Of a stretch of 64,000 nt of DNA, positions 59,996 through 64,000 are shown piece after piece. The position numbers and the translations under genes are program-made. The notes below the pieces were generated by a model, which ran no database searches, was not told where the DNA came from, and saw only the letters and a program-made list of their open reading frames with translations. Within the stretch, counting starts at the first letter, position 1. Each line of letters begins with the position of its first letter. This DNA comes from Hyphomicrobiaceae bacterium (GTDB lineage Bacteria; Pseudomonadota; Alphaproteobacteria; Rhizobiales; Hyphomicrobiaceae), in NCBI GenBank assembly GCA_044222395.1, contig JBGANK010000003.1, positions 54,525 to 118,524 on the forward strand, read 5' to 3'.

Positions 59996-61675
59996 TCAGA
60001 GCGGGCTTGCAGGGCAGATGCTCAGCGGATGCTCTTCCAGATTCGACACGATCGGCTGGCACGGCTCGGCTGCGAGCTTCAAATCAAAGTTGCGCAGGAT
60101 GCCGTTGAGCTTTGCCGCATCGTAGTCTCCGACGCTGACGATGAATTTGCGCGGCCCCGGCGTGCGCATCAGGTGCTTGATCTCGGCGACGAGCCTGTTG
60201 TCCTGCGCGAGCTTCAGCATGTTGTTCTCAAGACCGAGGTAGCGCGCGGTCGGTTCGGCATAGGGAATGAAGTAGGCCGCCGGCTGGTCCGTCGCCAGCA
60301 ATACGATGCTGTGCGGCAGGATCGGCGGCACGCGAACGTCGATGTACTTCTCGGCGTAAGGGGCCGGTCTTATTCCATCGGAGGCGTGATAGCCCCGACC
60401 CCAATCCACAAATTGCGTGGTCGCCACTGCGATCACCACAAGTAGAGCCGCGAGCGACAGTCTCAGGCGCAGGCTGTGCACGATCGCGACAAGCGCGCCG
60501 ATGACGATGACACCGGTCAGCAGTTCCAGCACGACCGCATAGCGATAGATGCTGAAGCCGAGCGCCCAGCCGAAATACGACACCACGACGAAGAGCGTCA
60601 CGAGACCGAGCCCCATCACGTCGCGCGACGACGGCGACTTGCAGGACTTCTCGCGCGCGCAGCGCGTCAGGAACATCGCGACCCACGCGATAATGGCGAG
60701 ATAGGCCATTGCGCCACGCCAATCGCGGAACGGCAGTTCGGTGACGAGATAGACGTTTCTCACCGTCCAGTAGAACGGATATGCGATGGCCTGCAGAAAA
60801 CTGCGCGGCAGGAACTGCGGGTCGCGCAACGAAGCGGCGTCGTAGAATGGCGATTGGAAAACATTGTTGAGCGTCGGGAAGAGCGGATTGCCGAACTCGT
60901 TCCACAACACGAACATATGGTGCCCCGCGGCAAGCAGAAAGCCGACCAGTAGCATTGCGCCAAATACCACCACACCCGACAGCGTGCGACGGCGAGCTGC
61001 TGCCAGCAACGCGACAAGGCCGATGCCTGGCATGAAGGTGACGGCCGTGTACTTCAGTCCGAAGCCGATGCCGGCAAACAATCCCGCCCGGGCGAATCCA
61101 GGTAGCGCAGACGTTGCTGGCTCGCGACCGGCGACATTCAGAAGTGAGAGAAGTGCTGCGAGGATGAAGATCGAGTTGATGAGGTCGCCGGTGGTCAGCC
61201 CCACCAGGGAGACATAGCCCGCACCGGTGGCACCGATCAGGAAGGCCGCGGTGCGCAGCGACCTGCGCTCAACAATCGCTTCGGGCGTGATGACCTGGCG
61301 CACGATGGCGAGGACCAGCGCGGCATTCACACCATGCACGGCGCCCATGATGAAGGCGACCACGCGCGGGAAGTCATTCAGCGGCGACGTGACGAGCGCG
61401 TAGAACAGAAAGTCGATGGTCGGATTGAAGAAGCCTTGCAGCTGGGCTGGCGCGATGTCGTAGAGGTAGCGGTCGTGCAGATAGGCCCACGGCGCGTAGA
61501 GATGATAATAGCGCAGATCCCAATTGTTATCGGGGCCGAGCACGGCCGACAGCAGGCCGAAGACCACGCATGTGAGGAGGTAAGATGACGGCTCCACCCA
61601 ACTGAAGCCGGTCCGTCGGGCCTGCGATCGCGCGTCCGTCATCGTCGCAGCAGCCACATCCTGGTTGTCTGACAT
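59996..61675 (-). CDS. large polytopic membrane protein, possibly a GT-C-type glycosyltransferase
   Basis: 559 aa with more than 10 hydrophobic segments. Convergent with the GT2 gene. Function is inferred only from architecture and neighbourhood. Confidence 0.55.
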   Translation of the reverse strand: MSDNQDVAAATMTDARSQARRTGFSWVEPSSYLLTCVVFGLLSAVLGPDNNWDLRYYHLYAPWAYLHDRYLYDIAPAQLQGFFNPTIDFLFYALVTSPLNDFPRVVAFIMGAVHGVNAALVLAIVRQVITPEAIVERRSLRTAAFLIGATGAGYVSLVGLTTGDLINSIFILAALLSLLNVAGREPATSALPGFARAGLFAGIGFGLKYTAVTFMPGIGLVALLAAARRRTLSGVVVFGAMLLVGFLLAAGHHMFVLWNEFGNPLFPTLNNVFQSPFYDAASLRDPQFLPRSFLQAIAYPFYWTVRNVYLVTELPFRDWRGAMAYLAIIAWVAMFLTRCAREKSCKSPSSRDVMGLGLVTLFVVVSYFGWALGFSIYRYAVVLELLTGVIVIGALVAIVHSLRLRLSLAALLVVIAVATTQFVDWGRGYHASDGIRPAPYAEKYIDVRVPPILPHSIVLLATDQPAAYFIPYAEPTARYLGLENNMLKLAQDNRLVAEIKHLMRTPGPRKFIVSVGDYDAAKLNGILRNFDLKLAAEPCQPIVSNLEEHPLSICPASPL

Positions 61676-61847
61676 ATAGGACGTGTTCTCCACGCGAGAG
61701 CTGATGCGGGCAGTTCGCAATGGGGCTGTCGCCGCCTGCAGATCGTTGACCGGCCCACTGCCTACATAAGTTGTGGGCCAAAGTCAGCCGCCAAGACGGC
61801 GCAGGCGTCGATGCCGCGGCTGTTTGGTCATGTTGTTTCTTGAGAAG

Positions 61848-62831
61848 CTATGGGACCAGTACGGCGGCGCCAGTGAGATTGCCGTCGCGCAGCCGCGTCA
61901 GCGCTGCGTTGGCCTGTTCAAGAGGAAAGGTCTCGACGGTGATGTCGATCGGCACGCGGGCGGCAATGTCCATGAACTCCAATCCGTCCTGACGTGTGAG
62001 GTTGGCCACGGAACGGATGATCCGCTCCCCCCATAGAAGCGAGTAGGGCATGGAGGGTATGGCGCTCATGTGAATTCCGCCTAGCACCAGCGTGCCTCCC
62101 TTCACGATCGACTTCAACGCAAGTGGGACGAGATTGCCGACTGGTGCGAAAATTATGGCAGCGTCGAGCGGTTCCGGTGATGGTTCGTCGGAATTGCCGG
62201 CCCAAGCACAGCCGAGAGATCGCGCGAATGACTGCGCCTGCACGTCGCCTTGCCGTGTGAAGGCATAAACTTCACGGCCTTCGTGGCTGGCGATCTGCGC
62301 GACGATGTGGGCGGCGGCGCCAAAGCCGTAGATGCCGAGTCGCCGGGTGGGTCCGGCAGCCTTCAACGAGCGATGGCCGATGAGGCCGGCGCACAGCAAT
62401 GGCGCGGCGTGGACGTCGTCGTAGCGATCGGGGATGGGGAAGCAATATCGCGCGTCGGCAACCGTGTGGCTGGCGAAGCCGCCGTCGATCTGATAGCCGG
62501 TGAACCGCGGCCGATCACACAGGTTCTCGCGGCCGGTGCGGCAGTATGAGCAGACACCGCAGGTTCCGCCCAGCCACGGGATGCCGACCCGCTGGCCCAG
62601 TTGGAATGTGGTGACGCCAGCCCCGAGGGCCGCAACTCGGCCGACGATCTCGTGACCCGGGACGAGTGCGCGCTTCAGATCGGGCAGATCGCCATCGACG
62701 ACATGCAGATCGGTGCGACAGACGGCACATGCCGCGATCTCCACAAGCACCTGACCTGGAGCTGGCACCGGCGTTGCGCGCTCGATGAGCCGCAACGGCT
62801 TGCGGACCTCGTCAAGCACCATCGCCTTCAT
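61848..62831 (-). CDS. zinc-dependent alcohol dehydrogenase family protein
   Basis: CAVCRTDLH, GHEIVGRV, structural-zinc CGVCSYC, GFGAAAH dinucleotide motif. Confidence 0.9.
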   Translation of the reverse strand: MKAMVLDEVRKPLRLIERATPVPAPGQVLVEIAACAVCRTDLHVVDGDLPDLKRALVPGHEIVGRVAALGAGVTTFQLGQRVGIPWLGGTCGVCSYCRTGRENLCDRPRFTGYQIDGGFASHTVADARYCFPIPDRYDDVHAAPLLCAGLIGHRSLKAAGPTRRLGIYGFGAAAHIVAQIASHEGREVYAFTRQGDVQAQSFARSLGCAWAGNSDEPSPEPLDAAIIFAPVGNLVPLALKSIVKGGTLVLGGIHMSAIPSMPYSLLWGERIIRSVANLTRQDGLEFMDIAARVPIDITVETFPLEQANAALTRLRDGNLTGAAVLVP

Positions 62832-62954
62832 CAATCGAACTCCCAGGATCAAGCCGATGCATAAGACTTGTGCGTCAGTCGCCAAACAAATTTCTCGGCC
62901 ATGAGACCGCGCGGGTGGAGATCCCCGCCGATCACTTCCACAAACGGAACCGGG

Positions 62955-63554
62955 TCATCTGCGTGGCCTGGCGAGCAAGGCACGCAGCATCTCGACCAGG
63001 CGTCCGGCGGGACCATCGGGAGCCGAGTAGCACTGGCGGCTTATGCGCGCGCCTTCAAACAGAAGGAACACCTCGTCGGCCATCAAATCGGGATTGATGT
63101 AACCGGCACGCTGGAACAGGTCGATCAGTCGCTCGCGCTTGCGCTTCTTGTAGTCGTCGATGATGCGCACTGCAGGGTGATCGGGTGCGCGCAGATCTAC
63201 TGCCGCGTTTGCAAGTGCGCAGCCGCGCTCACCTGAATCGCCGATCACCTGCTCGACATGGTGCAGCCAAGCGTCCAGTTGCGCCTTCGGATCTTCGGGG
63301 TGGGCTGCGAGTAGAGCCTCCCATCGGGCGTCCGCCTCATCGGCGAGGGCCTGGACATAGGCTTCAATCAAATCGTCCTTGGAACCGAAGTGCCGGTAGA
63401 GCGTCATCTTGTTGGTGGCAGCAGCCTCGGCGATGGCATCGACGCCGACGGCGCGAATCCCGAGCCGATAGAAAAGGTCTCGCGCAGCCGCCAGAATTCG
63501 CTGGCGAGGCGGCGTTACCTTTTCGGCCTTGGTGTGAATAAGCCTTTGGTTCAT
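62955..63554 (-). CDS. TetR/AcrR-family transcriptional regulator
   Basis: N-terminal HTH LFYRLGIRAVGVDAIAEAAATNKMTLYRHFGSKDDL. Confidence 0.9.
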   Translation of the reverse strand: MNQRLIHTKAEKVTPPRQRILAAARDLFYRLGIRAVGVDAIAEAAATNKMTLYRHFGSKDDLIEAYVQALADEADARWEALLAAHPEDPKAQLDAWLHHVEQVIGDSGERGCALANAAVDLRAPDHPAVRIIDDYKKRKRERLIDLFQRAGYINPDLMADEVFLLFEGARISRQCYSAPDGPAGRLVEMLRALLARPRR

Positions 63555-63560
63555 GGCAAC

Positions 63561-63607
63561 TTGACTGTGATGTTACCGATCAGTATACCAGATGTTACCG
63601 ATCAGTA
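63561..63607 (+). promoter_or_regulatory. sigma70-type promoter overlapped by a duplicated 17-bp operator-like repeat
   Basis: TTGACT (63561-63566)-N17-TATACC (63584-63589). GATGTTACCGATCAGTA occurs at 63569-63585 and again at 63591-63607. Each copy contains the near-palindrome TACCGATCAGTA. Confidence 0.6.
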
Positions 63608-63865
63608 CCAAGGATGGTCGACGGAAATAAGCTGAATGCTCGCTTGCTTCTGAAAACGGCATCGAAAGAATTAGCCAATACGCTGAGAGACAATCTGGGG
63701 TCCGCGCTCGCACGACAAGTCCTGTGCTACTGCGAGATCCGCTGCCGAACCACTGTCAATGTTCGGGCCTTTCGACCGCGCCTACTCCACGATGGCAGTA
63801 CCCATCTTATGCCGAGACGTGAAGCACGATCGCGAAACTTGTATGTCCGCTAGCGGAACGGCCCA

Positions 63866-64000
63866 ATGATCTGCGTGATGCCAAGCCGCCGAAATGTCGC
63901 GTTCACCTTATCGCTGGCGTTGCTGATGGCTGGCTGCGGTCAAACGAACTCGGCAAATCCAACGGCCCAGACGCCGCCGCCGCCGCAAGTCACCGTCGCC
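63866..64000 (+). CDS. efflux (RND/MFP-type) periplasmic adaptor lipoprotein, 3' truncated by window end
   Basis: Lipobox LLMAGC, followed by a Pro-rich linker and ...QVTVA typical of adaptor N-termini. Divergent from the TetR gene. Confidence 0.55.
   Translation, partial: MICVMPSRRNVAFTLSLALLMAGCGQTNSANPTAQTPPPPQVTVA

Overview
High-GC chromosomal segment. Gene content and synteny (hisB-DUF2628-hisH, hslV-x-hslU, dapB-gpmA, leuB...asd, typA, priA, xerC, rlmN, argG) point to an alphaproteobacterium of the Hyphomicrobiales, Bradyrhizobium/Nitrobacteraceae-like; this is inference, since no search was possible. About 62 protein-coding genes are supportable from ORF length, strong third-position GC bias and recognisable motifs. 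Family names such as DUFxxxx come from remembered sequence signatures. I found no rRNA, tRNA, CRISPR array, transposase or clear prophage. Many long ORFs in the track are antisense shadow frames of real genes and are rejected. Most of the window is housekeeping, but several loci deserve a second look. (1) The his operon is split by a 3.9-kb insert. It carries three orphan small genes whose promoter region holds a phased array of seven GAAC/GTTC tetramers, the geometry of the alphaproteobacterial LexA (SOS) box. (2) A duplicated cassette encodes two secreted, extremely Met/Gly/Ser-rich repeat proteins. Each is preceded by a ~230-nt conserved leader whose three hairpins show compensatory or strand-specific wobble substitutions between the copies, making it a candidate cis-regulatory RNA. 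(3) A stand-alone rplS carries a ~95-aa helix-hairpin-helix-like C-terminal domain. Smaller oddities are an SMR exporter gene inside hslVU, a MoaD/ThiS-like GG protein paired with a BNR propeller, and a five-heme cytochrome b/DHC/DUF1924 cluster. There are also tandem paralog pairs, REP-like hairpins and a clean TetR promoter/operator.
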